DNA of 64,000 nt from Selaginella moellendorffii. Lineage: Eukaryota; Plantae; Lycopodiophyta. Every line of letters begins with the position of its first letter. The first letter of the stretch is position 1. Positions 36,326-49,950 of the stretch are shown one piece after another. The stretch lies in the NCBI RefSeq assembly GCF_000143415.4, contig NW_003314296.1, positions 1,215,858-1,279,857 on the forward strand, read 5' to 3'. Under the pieces are notes generated by a model that was not told where the DNA came from, did no database searches, and worked only from the letters and a program-made list of their open reading frames with translations. Made by a program: the position numbers and the translations under genes.

Positions 36326-39300
36326 TTCCAATTAAGAACACTACGGTCTTAGGGTCGCCCCCTAACGTGATTACTATTTTATTATTTTATTATTAGATTA
36401 ACTGCGTTGAGTTTCTGGGTGTTAAGTACCATTTTATTATTTTCATTTTTTTTAACACTATACAATTTACTAGTGAGAGTGGCTCTCCTCAAAATCTCAA
36501 CAAAGCAAGCAAACCATACATAGCCTAATAGTATGTTGTCAAGTCCAAAATGAAAGTCAATAGGAAAAGGTTATTCATCCACAATTTGTATATATTAGCA
36601 ATTATTGTTATTGTAAATATTGTTCTTTCTATATATAAAATTGGGCATTAGCGCAGAACTCAAGTGAAAACCTAATACTCAATGACAAGATCATTACTAC
36701 TCAACCACTTCCACTTGTGAAGACCACTTGAACATCCCTTTTTCCAATTGGAGCTTCCTCCTAGTGTGAGTGATGGGAGAATCCACCAAATGGAAAGGAC
36801 CATTTACCTGGATGGGCTTCAAGAGACCCTCCCTTGCTTGCCTCATGTCATCTACCAATTTGTATGACTTTGGACAAACGAATCTCAATACCTTCAATGT
36901 CACACCTTCAGCTACATGCGTACGTTGAAACAAATCAGAATTGCTCCACTCTTAATTGCCAAATCTACACAAGCATATGAAGAGCGAAGAAAAACAATGC
37001 TGGTACTGAGCACAACTTTTGAGAACAATGTTTAGCTGGTGTGGCTCAACACCAGAGTCCTCTCCAGATGCTATAGCGCTTGCAAGATTTGCAAGTGTCA
37101 CCTTCCTTTGCTAACTTTAGAGGTTAGACAAGAATCATGCACATGTCCTTTCTAGACACCCAAAATGCTGATGGCATTCTCGTCACAAGCAATGGTTCTG
37201 CACTTAACGCTATCCATCAAACCTTATTCACCTGAAACAATTTGAAGTGTATAATGAAAGATTGCACCTTTTATTTCAATTACAAAGCATGGGTCTGGTT
37301 TTTGGATTGCACGCCCTGCCACCAAGATCATAGATCTCCTTGAACCTCCTAAGTTTTATCCTTAAGCTTACCATCTGAAATTTCTGAATATTTATAATAA
37401 GGAGGAGTTGTCAAACTTTTTGGGCTGCCGGATTCAGCTAGTGGTAGCCGTCCAATAAGGGGATAATTATCTTTAACCACATCTTAGTGAATAATTGTTC
37501 TAATGTTTTCTTTCAGCCAATGGGAGGTGGCCAATTGCCTTGGCAAGAGAGGAAAGTGTTGTGACGCAAATGTGTTGACTAGCATTGAGGCTCAACTTTT
37601 TGTACTGGAAATTTATTGGGTCACTTGGATTTTATAATTCTTTCTAAGGAATTTGATAATTTTCTTTTAAGGAAACATATGCTTATAGCTATGTCCTCAA
37701 TTTTTCTTTCAAAGTGGAATATAAAATTTGTTGTTTTGATGCTATTCCAATTTAATTTTCAATATAACTAATCAAAACAATGCTTAAGGGATATTTTATA
37801 TTCAGTTTTTATTAATCAATACCTTGGAAGATTTTTTAGGTGCAATTTTACTTTATGGAGCATGATTAAGAGTAGACTCAAGCCAGAAGATGATATGGAT
37901 AATAAAAAGGGACACCAAGAATAACAAAGTGTTAGAGATGAGGCCTCAAAAAGAAATATCAAAACTATTTACAATCTCCTGTCTAGTATGTTATTTTCTT
38001 GCAAGTGTTGCAACAATCATTCTTCTTTTCCTTTTGAACTTGTCCGATTTGCTACTCTCGCCCTGATCATTTGTTAGTCCTAGTCTCTTACACTATGACA
38101 AATCATTTCCCCTTTCCTGTGAAGGGTGCCAATTCTTTCTCATTCAAGCTTTTACTTGAGAAAACCCTCCAAAACTATAAGACCGGCTATGATTTGGCCA
38201 AAAGTGTTGTTAAAACTTAAATGATATAACTTTGCAAGTTGCATTGGTCCACTCCTATCTGTACATGCTTTATGAAGCAGTGTTTGAGAAGAACCAGAGA
38301 GTAGCCATGTCTAGCAAGAAGAAGCAGGCAATAGAGATGCAACAAGAAGAAGTGTTCAATTGAGATTTTGAATTAGGAGCTCAAATCTCGGCAAAGCTAC
38401 TGGAAAGGCACAGAAAGCTACTCGGTTGGAAGAAGCTTCTCCTCCACTCTCTCGATCCTGAGAGTGTCTCAGACAACAACAACAAAGTGAGTCCTTGCCA
38501 CTTCTGCCTCTGCCACTGCTTAGATGATCTTGAGCTTGAAATTGGTGTCACAAAGGTGAGCTGTGATTGGAGCTGAGGGCACTCTACCACATCACCGGCT
38601 ACCAAGTTGAGTTTAAGATTCAAAAGAGCCAAGGAGATTAGACACTCAAGTCCACTCACTCTATCATCTGGATCTTGAATGCAAGCTATTTCAATCACAA
38701 GAGTGACTACGAGAAAAAGGTGAAGCTAATTGCAGATCTGGAGCACAAGTCATGAGCAAAAGTGTGCTTCCCACCTGACCAAGGTTTGTGAAAGCTTTCT
38801 CTTTCATACTTTACAGTTGGCTAGCTGCAAAAACCAACCGAAGAAGCACACACATCATATAATAGGTAACAGGAAGCAAAGAAAAGATTTGTTTTGAAGA
38901 GGAGCAGCTTGACAAGACAAGGAAGAGAGGTTGAAGGCAATTTACAAGAATGCTGGGTGAGCAAAACACCAACACTGGACAAGCTGGACATTTATGAAAG
39001 AAAAGAACTTAGTAGCAAAAGAGCTAGGAAGAAACATGGACGAAAGCTAGATATTTATGTAAATGAGGAGAAAAGACACTGCTCTAAGATAAAAGAATTA
39101 CTTATTATCTAGAGAAGATAATTATAGATTGACTCAGTAGTGGTTCTCCAAGCTGGAGATCCACTGCTGAGTAAGCATGCCGTGGAGGTCGCCTTGGATG
39201 CGATTGGGAGCTGCGTGATCGAGAAGGTGATCAATATTTGGTTGCGGCATGAGGAATTTGAGAGCGTTGGCCCTGTCAGCTCCTCAAATTGGTCATGCGC

Positions 39301-39938
39301 TCTAGGTAACAAAAAATTCGCATTTTGGGGCAAATTGGGATCACTGTGGTGTTTGTCTAGATCATTGTTCTTGAGGATCAAGCCTTCATGGTTTGTGAAA
39401 ACCTCCTCTCTCTTTCTCTCACTCGCATTAAAATCCCATCTTAAATCCAAAGCTCATAGTGACCCAACTGGAGATATGGCTGCCAAGTTGAGTGAAAGAA
39501 CAAACAGAAATTGTCATTTAGAAAGTTTACTTTCACATTCATTTGATCAACAATCATATTGTAGTGAGCAATAAAGACTAAACTAATTGCATTTTAAAAT
39601 TGGAGAAAATATCTTTGTGAAATTAATTAATGGCAATATTGCAAACTAAAGAAGCAATATAAATCTTCTTGTTTAAAGAATACTAACCTCTTCCCAAACA
39701 AGAGATCTCCAATGGGACTCTTACTAGAAACACATTCAGAAAAAGTGGTGTTAACCAGGAATTTTTTACTAAAACACTAAATGAATTGTTAATCTTAAAC
39801 ACCCTTCCACCATCTATTACTTGGGTCTTTTTATCTATTTATCTTCCTTTTTGAGACTTGGAAATGATACTTCTATATAATACTATTTGGACATTGTATA
39901 CATAGAATTTTATTAGTGTAAATGAGATGTAAAGGCTT

Positions 39939-39997
39939 ATATATGTATGTATGTATATAATATATATATACATATATATATATATACACACACATAT
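39939..39997. repeat. (TA)/(TATG)/(CA) microsatellite
   Basis: Read directly. Confidence 0.85.
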
Positions 39998-40401
39998 AGA
40001 AGATGATAGAAGACATTCAGGATTCTCTCATGGATGGGCTGGGATCTGAAGGAACAACAGGAGGAAGCATCAATGATCTATAGGTGGTGTCAATTGTTCT
40101 TAATCCTTTTGTACAAAGTGTTTCAACTACTGCACATACATTATTTTTGGAGGATTAACCTATTGAACATCATGCTAGACCTCATAAACTTGTGGTCCAA
40201 CTTGCAATAACACTTGATATAGTTCCTTTCACTGAGTAAAGAGTCCTAAAACTTAGCATTATTAGCTCTTGGCAAATACATAGATAAACTCAACTCCATT
40301 GGTAGGATTAAATTAAGACTATATGGAAGTTTATATAGTGAAGCACCAATAGAACTTTACACCACTGTGATATATGCATACTGAAGAAATGGCAAATAAC
40401 T

Positions 40402-42600
40402 TGTGAGACACAAAATCTCTAAGCCCTAAAGTGGAGCCGAAAGGGTGCCACGTGGTAGTGGCCGAAGCGAAAGCCAAACGAGCGTAACATGTTTGGACTA
40501 AAAGCTCAAACTTGAAAAGGTCAAGAGTGGGAGTGGAACTCCCAATAAAGTGCTCGAGGAACAAGCATGAAGTGAGCAATGAGTGAGTCTCTAGAAAAGG
40601 GACACAAGAGGACCAAAACATGACACGTGGAAGAGTCCGAGATGGACCCGAAATGGAGTCCAAGATGGAGCCCGAGATGGAGTCTGAGATGGACCCGAGA
40701 TGGAGTCCAAAGTCAAGATTGAGACCGAGACTGGGACCGAGACCGAGACCAAGACTGGAACCGAGACCGAGACCAAGGCCGAGGCCGAGACTAAGCCCAA
40801 GCTCGAGTCCGAGTTTGAGTTCAAGTCCGAGTCCGAGTCCGAGTCCGAGTCCAAGTTTGAGAGGGTGAAAGCCCAAAACATTCGTCTCCCAGACCCTAGG
40901 GGGTTTGGTGAGCTCCAAAAATATAGTAAGGGGGAGGACTACAGTGGAGCCAATTTGGCCAAGAAAGGCTAGTTTGGCCTAGGAAGGCTATACCCAGTGT
41001 TGGGTGATGAGCTGCCCACTGGGAAGTCCAAGACTAGAGTGAACACAGACCAACAAGCGGGGTAGCTTGGTGAAGTGTTCAAAAGCCGACTCTAATTCCC
41101 CCTGGAGATCAACTAGCCGATGCTCCCAGTCCAAGTGTGGGTAGCATTACTTACTTAGATACCTGGTGTGGCTCAACGAAACCTCGCTCTAAGCCCATGG
41201 CTAGAGCACCCAAAGGCAAAAGGCAGGGAGAGTACCCATGAGGCTCGCATAAAGCCACGGTGTTCCAAAATGTTGCCCTAAAGTCCCAAACTATGAAAAG
41301 GAAGAGGAGCCGTCCTCTAGTGTAGAGACCAAGGATACGGTCGTGTGAGGAAGAAGTCTCAGAGGACCGTGGGACTTAGTGGTCGAGCTTGTGGGCCTTG
41401 ATCCAGTGGTAGTGTTGGCGAACACGGCCATGGATAGAAAGGGACTTGATGGGGACTGAAAAAGGGGTATTGGGGAAAGTTATGTTTGTGGGCATTTTAA
41501 GGATGCTAAGGAGTGGATTTGGGATGATCACTCATGGACGGTTGGCTCAATCCTTGAAAGATGAGACTGTGATGTAGATGGTGTTAGACCACTAGTGTGA
41601 CCAAGGTGAAGGGGCATGGCCTTAGCGTAACAAGGTGATATATCGATGGTACCTTGGGGTGTCGGTCACGGGATTGGACACATGGAGCACTTGGACCAAG
41701 TGCAATGGTTGAGTGGCATAGATGCCATTTTTGGGGCTAGCAAGTCCCTAAGTCCAGGTTAGGAAAGGCAAAATACTTTGACCTAAGGTCAAGATACTAC
41801 CAGATTAGGGTAGTAGAGGAAGATGTCGAGAAGACAATCAGTCAAACAAAGTATGGGAGATTCGAGTTTCTGGTGATACCTCAAAATGGTCAGAGGTATG
41901 GTTAAGTGACTAAAGTAGAATGGAAAATTTAATCGCTTACAATTTGGTATCGGAGCTATTCCTTAGTCCAACTTTTATTGGTGCTCAAGTATATCACTAC
42001 TGGTGTTGGCATTAGAAGGTCCTAGGAGTGGGCCTATCCTTGAGGAGTAGTAGGTCGGGAAGACATGGCTCTCCACTACTATTCAGGTGTGAACTTGTAA
42101 GCGATGTGGTGGATAGAAAAGGGCCAATAATGGAACGACTTTGGGATTTTGGGAACAGTATAAGGTTTCCTTAGAGAGCTGAGGATGTGATCCAGATGAG
42201 CGTTTGACGCAGCAAACGGGCTAATGTAGTTGTAGTAAACAACTATAGTTGGGATCATGAAAAAGATGCAAAGTCCAAAACAATAAAGGAGTCACAAGAT
42301 TACTTTCATATAGTTGAGGCTGGTACTCATAACTTTGAGACAGAAATTGATGACCATAGGAGGTCAAATATAGAAGAGGACACAAGTCCTTGAAATAATA
42401 GCCAGGGTTACCTCTAATAAATGCTGGAACAACCCAAGGAGTTGGGGGTGTACTCAGAGGAGGAGTTGGTATTCTCATCACATGGACAAGTGGTCCTAAG
42501 GGGCAAAAAGTTGCCCCAAGAGAACAAATTAAGTGTCGAAGTAACATTTGCAAAGATGGTTCTTGTGAGTAGGACTTGAATACAAGAAGTTGTATTCCAG
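40402..42600 (+). mobile_element. Gypsy-type LTR retroelement remnant: 5' LTR 40402-41941 with CCGAGT/CCGAGA hexamer array, PBS(Met) 41945-41956, degenerate internal region
   Basis: TGTGAG...CTTACA termini, TGGTATCGGAGC immediately after the LTR, and homology to the LTR copies at 62218-64000. Confidence 0.8.
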
Positions 42601-42611
42601 AGTTGTATTCC

Positions 42612-45397
42612 AAAAAATTAAGCCTCAATGCTAATCAACACATTTACGTCACAACACTTTCCTCTCTTGCCAAGGCAATTGGCCACCTCCCATTGGCTAA
42701 AAGAAAACATTAGAATAATTATTCACTAAGATGTGGTTAAAGATGATTATCCCCCTATCTGACGGCCACCACTAGCTGAATCTGGCAGCCCAAAAAGTTT
42801 GGCAACTCTTCCTTATTATAAATATTCAGAAATTTCAGATGGTAAGCTTAAGGATAAAACTTAGGAGGTTCAAAGAGATCTATGATCTTGGTGGCAGGGC
42901 GTGCAATCCAAAATCCAGACCCATGCTTTGTAATTGGAATAAAAGGTGCAATCAAATTGTTTCAAATTCAAATTACTTCAAATTGTTTCAGGTGAATAAG
43001 GTTTGATGGATAGCGTTAAGTGCAGAACCATTGCTTGTGACGAGAATGCCATCAGCATTTTGGGTGTCTAGAAAGGACATGTGCATGATTCTTGTCTAAC
43101 CTCTAAAGTTAGCAAAGGAAGGTGACACTTGCAAATCTTGCAAGCGCTGTAGCATCTGGAGAGGACTCTGGTGTTGAGCCACACCAGCTAAACATTGTTC
43201 TCAAAAGTTGCGCTCAGTACCAGCATTGTTTTTCTTCGCTCTTCATATGCTTGTGTAGATTTGGCAATTAAGAGTGGAGCAATTCTGATTTGTTTCAACG
43301 TACGTATGTAGCTGAAGGTGTGACATTGAAGGTATTGAGATTCGTTTGTCCAAAGTCATACAAATTGGTAGATGACATGAGGCAAGCAAGGGAGGGTCTC
43401 TTGAAGCCCATCCAGGTAAATGGTCCTTTCCATTTGGTGGATTCTCCCATCACTCACACTAGGAGGAAGCTCCAATTGGAAAAAGGGATGTTCAAGTGGT
43501 CTTCACAAGTGGAAGTGGTTGAGTAGTAATGATCTTGTCATTGAGTATTAGGTTTTCACTTGAGTTCTGCGCTAATGCCCAATTTTATATATAGAAAGAA
43601 CAATATTTACAATAACAATAATTGCTAATATATACAAATTGTGGATGAATAACCTTTTCCTATTGACTTTCATTTTGGACTTGACAACATACTATTAGGC
43701 TATGTATGGTTTGCTTGCTTTGTTGAGATTTTGAGGAGAGCCACTCTCACTAGTAAATTGTATAGTGTTAAAAAAAATGAAAATAATAAAATGGTACTTA
43801 ACACCCAGAAACTCAACGCAGTTAATCTAATAATAAAATAATAAAATAGTAATCACGTTAGGGGGCGACCCTAAGACCATAGTGTTCTTAATTGGAAGTT
43901 GAGGCGGATGGGAATCGAACCCAGCAACCCTACACAATAGAACATTGCAGCGTGCACGCTATAACCACGAAGCCATGAACACTGGGAAATAACAAAATAT
44001 CATTTCAGCACCTCTCATTGGATTTGGAATGCAAAGGAAGATTTGGAATCCACATGGACGACATCCAGGAGCTGGAGGCCAGAGGTTTGGAGGAGGATCC
44101 ACGAAGCGTTTCCAGCCCAGAATCGACCAAGCCATTTCAGACTCTGGACAATTGGGTAATCTCAACGCGATCAACTTCACGAGCTTCCTCAAGGTGCCGA
44201 TGGATCCTGTCCGCGGAAACCAATAGTAAAAGACAGCGGCACTCTTGAAATCAGTCACCAGCTGCAAAAACGCGCCCACAGGTAGAATTCCATCTCGCAT
44301 CTGTTCAATCCCTGCCGGCTCAGCCCACTGACGACTTCGATCCCAAGAACAGCGTCGCTTCCATGTGCAAGAACGGCCGAGCTTTTGCTCCTCACCTCCA
44401 CGTCCCAGTTGATCACGCGGAAAACCTCCTCTTTGCTGTCCATCTCCTCCAGACCCAGCCACTGGTACGACTGTGGCAAAACTTGAGAGATCTCGCACAC
44501 AATCTCGTCAGCTTGAGCTCGAGGGAGGTGACGATCAATGTAGAGCTCTTCTTCTTCTTGCGTGATCAGGTCCTGGCAATCTTGCTCCTTGTCGATGGAG
44601 ACGATGTTTGGATCGTTCACGTCCAGATGGTAGCGAAAGGCGAGCACAAAAGCAAGTCCACGTCGATCCTACCTCTGCAAATCTCGGACAGCTTCGACAT
44701 CCAAGCCGGCTCCCTTTCGTCCTTGGGCGGCTGGATGCCTTGGATGATTTTGCTGCGTCTTGGCGTCGGGAAGGGATGCGTCGGGGAGCGAAGCAATTGT
44801 GTCAGAATAGATGCAGTTGAGCTCCTGGACCAGCTCGTCCCAAGTCCGGCACGACAGGCCCGTTGTGTAGTTGAGAGAGAGGGGATGGAAAACGTCGCCT
44901 TCGTCTCGGTGCAACCGGATGGAGAGCTCCGAGGGATTCAAATGGCAGCTTTCCGCTGCACAGAGGAAGACGAATACCCGAGTCTCTCTCACCTCGCCCC
45001 CGGAATCCATAGCCACCCGAAAACCTAACCGCACTAAAATCTAACGGTTTGGATGGTATATTCTAAAATATCCTTTAATCCAACGGCTGTGATGTAGTTA
45101 CCACTAATATAAACTGCGTTAAAACTATTTCTAGCTTGTTGTCTAGCGTCTTTCTTGTTCAAATGGTGAGGAAGGCTTGCATATGCTGGCAGGGTCATCG
45201 AGAATTAAATGGCACAACATTGTGTGTGATTGTTTGATTATGCTAAAGTGACAACTGATGAGAATTTGGTATATATGATCGAATTGGTAAGCTCAATGGC
45301 ATGTTTGTGCTGTTTGTGTGCTGGAGCAAATCAAATATATATCTTCCCTTCCACAAAATTTGATTGCATGACTACAGTGGAGATGCACCTAAGTTAA
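42612..45397 (-). repeat. Right arm of large inverted duplication (lower-identity homology extends to ~45825)
   Basis: Reverse complement of 34826-37600; 45470-45825 matches 33045-33325. Confidence 0.95.
43959..45010 (-). pseudogene. Frameshifted gene of unknown function (copy 2)
   Basis: Near-identical to 35213-36264, with the same frameshifts. Confidence 0.55.
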
Positions 45398-46699
45398 TAC
45401 TTTTTAATGATCTGTTTGATCAATCTACAAGGGACTTTTCCTTTTTTCTTCTGGCTGCATATAGATATAGGTCACTATAATTTTTTAAACATGTACATTG
45501 CAAGTTACACTTTTAGATTGCTACAGTGTAATGTCATGCCCAGCTTTCAGTAAGCTCCTCTCTCTAGCTCACCAAGACATTTTGCACTCTTTCTCCAGCC
45601 ACTAATAAAAAATAATAATAATAATAAAGGAAAATAATAAAATAGTGTTTATGTTCAGAGGGCATACTATTCCTACTTGAAAGGATGAGGCAGATTGGGA
45701 ATCAAACCCAACAATCCTATACTATAGAACAATACATGCTATAACCACAAAGCCATGAACATTGGGAGATAATAAAATATAATTTTAGCACCTCTCACTG
45801 GATTTGAAATGCAAAAGAAGATTTTTAATTGTCTACATAGTATGTTCTAAATGTATGGTACTGATAGTAGTTTGAAGCACTAGCAGTTTGGAACCTACTA
45901 GGTTATATCACTCCTTATTCTGTTTTCAACTTAAGCCTAAACCTAAGTTCCATATTATTTTTAATGGTGGGGTACCCACCTCCTTACGTTAGGCCATTGG
46001 TATGCCAAAATTATGCTAGCTGCTGACATTATTTTTCATATAAGAGTTGAATACAAAGAGCTGGTGCCTGTAAGGGAAGTTGAGTGCATATTAAACTCTT
46101 GTTTTATAGCATAACAGGCTCAAAGTCTTATCTTGAGCTGTAAAAGAAAACAAGTTAATTTGCATTAAGTTCAGCAAGAGTTGCTTCCATGGTCTTTAGG
46201 ACAAATGCCATGCCTAAAGAGAAGTAGAAGCTAGGAGTCATCATGCTCTTTTCTTCCTCTATATCAGAGTTAGCAAAATAAAAATTTGAATCATAAAAGG
46301 CTTTAGGAATTGGTGGTATTGTTTATCAATCTTTAGCAACCTTTGCTTCTTGTCGAGAAGCTCACTTAACTACTTATAGATCTAGTACTCTTTATATTGA
46401 TGCTCAGCATCTATGAGTATGTGCTCAACCGAAACATCTCAAAATGCCATCACTAATTTCAACTTTAGTTCTACCAACAATGCGGTCATAACCTTAGTCT
46501 ACTATTGAAGCCTTGTTTCCCACTAGCAAGTCTTTTGCTCTATAGGGCAAATCTTCACCTCCATTAGGATCACCTCTAGTGCCATCCATGCTCACTATAT
46601 TATCCTCATTGCCACTTGGATTGTTTTAGTTGCTACCTCTATGCGGATCACTAGCTCCTTCTGTTATTCCATGTGCTCTAATTGAAAATTCATCTTTCT

Positions 46700-48270
46700 A
46701 GTTGTCCTTAGCTACTTCTATTAGAAAAAACTGTGGCAATGGCTAGAGATCTTTTGTTGTGTATGTCCAAAACTCATCAAAGATGATGTCCCTACTCATC
46801 ATCATTTTCTGAGTCTCGAGGTTGAAGAGTTTATAGCCCTTCATTGTGTCTATATATCCAACAAGGACACACTTTTGGCTAGTGCTCAAGTTTATCTCTG
46901 TGCTTTTTCAGCACATGCACATAGCAAATGCTTCCAAAAACACATAGATGGCTCATATTTGGTTTTAAACCATACCACACTTCATATAAAGTCTTTTCTG
47001 ATACAACTGTTTTAAGTTGGCAATTACACAAGTGAGCTGCTATTGTGATGACTTCACACTATAATGAGTTTGATAAGCTAAAGTCTTGCAAAAGATTTTG
47101 TGTTGCATCTTGGAATATGTGATTCGTTTGCACTACTACACCATTCTACTACTGTGTAATAGGATTGAGAATTGCCATTGTATGTTGAGGAATTACAATT
47201 TCAATAGACAACCACCACAGCTAAGGAATTCCTTGGATGTATACTCCTTGCCTCCATCACTTTTTAACATTTTGATTTTCTTTCCTATTCACAACTCCAC
47301 CTGTATTCCTTGAATTTCTCGAAGGCTTCTGACTTTAGTTGATGAGCTTCACTGCTATGATTTGTGAGAAGTCATCTATGAAGGTCACGAAGTATAACTT
47401 TTTGTCTCTAGAAAATGTGGTCATATTCCCAAAAAGATCAGAATGAATTAGTGTTAGAATTTCTTTAGCATAATTAGTGGTTGTCTATGGACAAGGGAGC
47501 TGGTGGAGTTTACTGATTGCACAAAGCTTGCAAATATTCATTACACATGATGAGGTGATGCTCAAACTTTTTACCATTTCTTTTGCCACTAGTTCTTTTA
47601 TGTCTTGTAGGTTTATGTGGCTAAGTCTTCTGTGCCATATTTGGAGATCCACTGCTTTCTTCGTCCCAGCAAGGAGAGCTTTTGCTAGCTACACCACCTA
47701 GCTAGGCATTAAGTTGGCATTAAGTTGATAGAGACTAGCATGTCTTCTCCCACAAGCTATTCCATTTTTGTTCATGTTTGTGATTGTGCACATCCTCTTT
47801 GTTAATGTCATCTTGAAATCATAATCAGCAATCTTTCCCACAATTATACCACCCAGGTGTGCTAAACAGTTGAACTCACCCCCATTTGCCAAATCATCTC
47901 CAAATCATGATTAACAATCTTTCCCACTGTAAAGAGCATCTTGTTCACTCCAAAAACATAGTAAATATTTTTCAATTTTTTTTATTCGCAACATGATGTC
48001 AATCGTCCCAATAGCTCCACCTTGTACGAGTAATCATCACTGAGAAAAATCTTTTTATATCCTGAAACTTTCTCAATGTGGTGAAAAGTTCCCTAAGGTG
48101 TGTCATGTGTTTGTTTGCCCCAGAATCATGGTACATGACTTCTACTTATGTGCCAAGTGTTCTTTGCAACCTGCTAGATACTAGTGGCTATGAACAAGTT
48201 GTCTCTTGGTTGTCATCCTTGCTACTTTCTGCTGTGCTAGCAAAGTTGGCTAACTTATTAATTTCTTACA
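46700..48270 (-). mobile_element. Copia-type retrotransposon pol remnant (protease, GAG-pre-integrase, integrase)
   Basis: YHDSGANKHMT, WHRRLSHIN, LIHSDLFG...YFVTFIDDFS, LKSDGGKEY and KCVLVGY..MKGYKLFN...SRDIIFDE, interrupted by stops and frameshifts. Confidence 0.85.
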
Positions 48271-48749
48271 GATGAAGAGGCTAAGAAAGCTAAGGAGGCA
48301 TGAAATGCTAAGGTAAAGAGACTAATATTGACTTAATTAGCAAAGGGAAATATATGAGGAAATATATGCTTATAGCTACTTCCTCAAATTTTCTTTCAAA
48401 GTGGAATATAATATTTTTTGTTTTGATACTATTCCAATTTAAATTTTAATATAACTAATCAAAACAATGCTTAAGGGATATTCTATATTCAGTTTTTATT
48501 AATCAATACCTTGGAAATTTTTTAGGTGCAATTTTACTTTATGGAGCATGATTAAGAGTAGACTTAAGCCAAAAGATGATATGGATAAGAAAAAGGGACA
48601 CCAAGAATAACAAAGTGTTAGATCTGCGATTAACTTCACCTTTTTCTCGTAGTCACTCTTGTGATTGAAATAGCTTGCATTCAAGATCCGAATGACAGAG
48701 TGATTTCAATTTTTATTGGAGTTTCCCCTCTTGAGATTCACACATCCAA

Positions 48750-49950
48750 GATTTTATCCTAAATAAAACAAAATGTAAAAGAAATATTATTGGAAAGTAT
48801 ATAAAAATATTTTCTTACCTCTTGAGGCTAGTTGTAGGTTGTATGCATTGTAGTAACTCCCACAAGCTAGCCTCATCCAATTGAGTATTTTTGTAGTTCG
48901 GATCGAGTAAGGTGCTTGCAATAAAATCTTTGAGCACTACCTTTTGAACATACTTCGGAGTTGTAGATGAGTTTCTCACAATCTCTATCTGCACTGCATC
49001 TTTGAAACAGTTGACTGAACGCTTTTGTATCCCTTCCTGCATTGGATGTATGTGTGTGCTAATATATATTATAGTTCCACAATACCACTAATAAAGTTGT
49101 TGATAACCATGACTGAAATAATACTCAAAGCCGTGCCACATTGACACGTGGCATGTGCTTTGGTGAGTTTTATGGTTTTCAATGTGTGTCACATTGACAC
49201 GTGGCATGCCCTTTGGCTTGTTCTCATAGTTAGAGTTTAGTGTCCTTGTATGCCATGTGAAATACATATGTTTGCCATGTGGTGACAGTCACAACACATT
49301 CTTTGTGACTTATATCCTAGTTTTACTAGCCTCTTCATCCCGTGGAAGAAAGTAGTACATCTTGGCCCCACAGATGGCACGACATAATGGAGTATTCTTG
49401 CAAAACCGGCACTTGAATCCAATACTAATAGTGTCACTGATGAGAGGATTGATTGCAGATCCTTAAAAAAATATGGAGTTTTAACCATGCTCTCAATTGG
49501 ATGCTTTATTCACACAATCCAAATACCCACCACAATGAACCATGGACACTGTGCCTTCAAAATGCTGAAAATGTATGGTCTTGATTTTGCACTAGTTGTG
49601 GACGTTTTGCTTAATTTCCATTTCCTTTTGTTTTGAGTTGATAAGAGGTGGCAGTTTAAAGAAGATATTGCCATTGTATGTAGATGGGAGCTTGTTAATA
49701 GGCCTATGTAAAAACAAGTGCACGTCAATAGAGAGGCAAGAAAATTGGAAAGCATTGCAAACAACTTTGAATATTAGTGAAGTCGGAGTTTGTAGATTCT
49801 TGGCTTGCACTGGACTAACATCTCCACTAGAATTAAAAGAGGAAAAAATGATGACAACCAACTCTTGCTTCACATTCACTTTCGCAGGATCGTAACCTCG
49901 CACTTTGATTGGAGATCCAAAAACTCAAATTTTCTTAGACTTGGAATATT
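48750..49950 (-). pseudogene. Decayed transposase-like gene with GCM/WRKY-type Cys/His zinc finger (Mutator-like)
   Basis: LPSTYNGNIFFKLPP, SMVHCGGYLDCVN, KCRFCKNTPLCRAICGAKMYYF and IYISTHIHPMQEG give a C..C...HxH pattern. Confidence 0.55.

Larger units (their letters stand above)
34826..37600 (+). repeat. Left arm of large inverted duplication
   Basis: Reverse complement of 42612-45397; paired ORFs differ by only 1-3 aa in 78-179 aa. Confidence 0.95.

Noticed and set aside
40620-40860. CRISPR-like appearance of short repeats (also 51040-52530)
   Set aside because: Contiguous tandem repeats without unique spacers or cas genes; eukaryotic context.
40591-40972. ETETK/SESES/LGLGL repeat ORFs (also 62235-62877)
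   Set aside because: Translations of the LTR hexamer array, open in several frames, with no coding evidence.
45250-45295. CTGATGAG as a hammerhead ribozyme core (similar GTGATGAG near 41004)
   Set aside because: No correctly placed GAAA or three-stem fold found by eye; an Infernal search would settle it.
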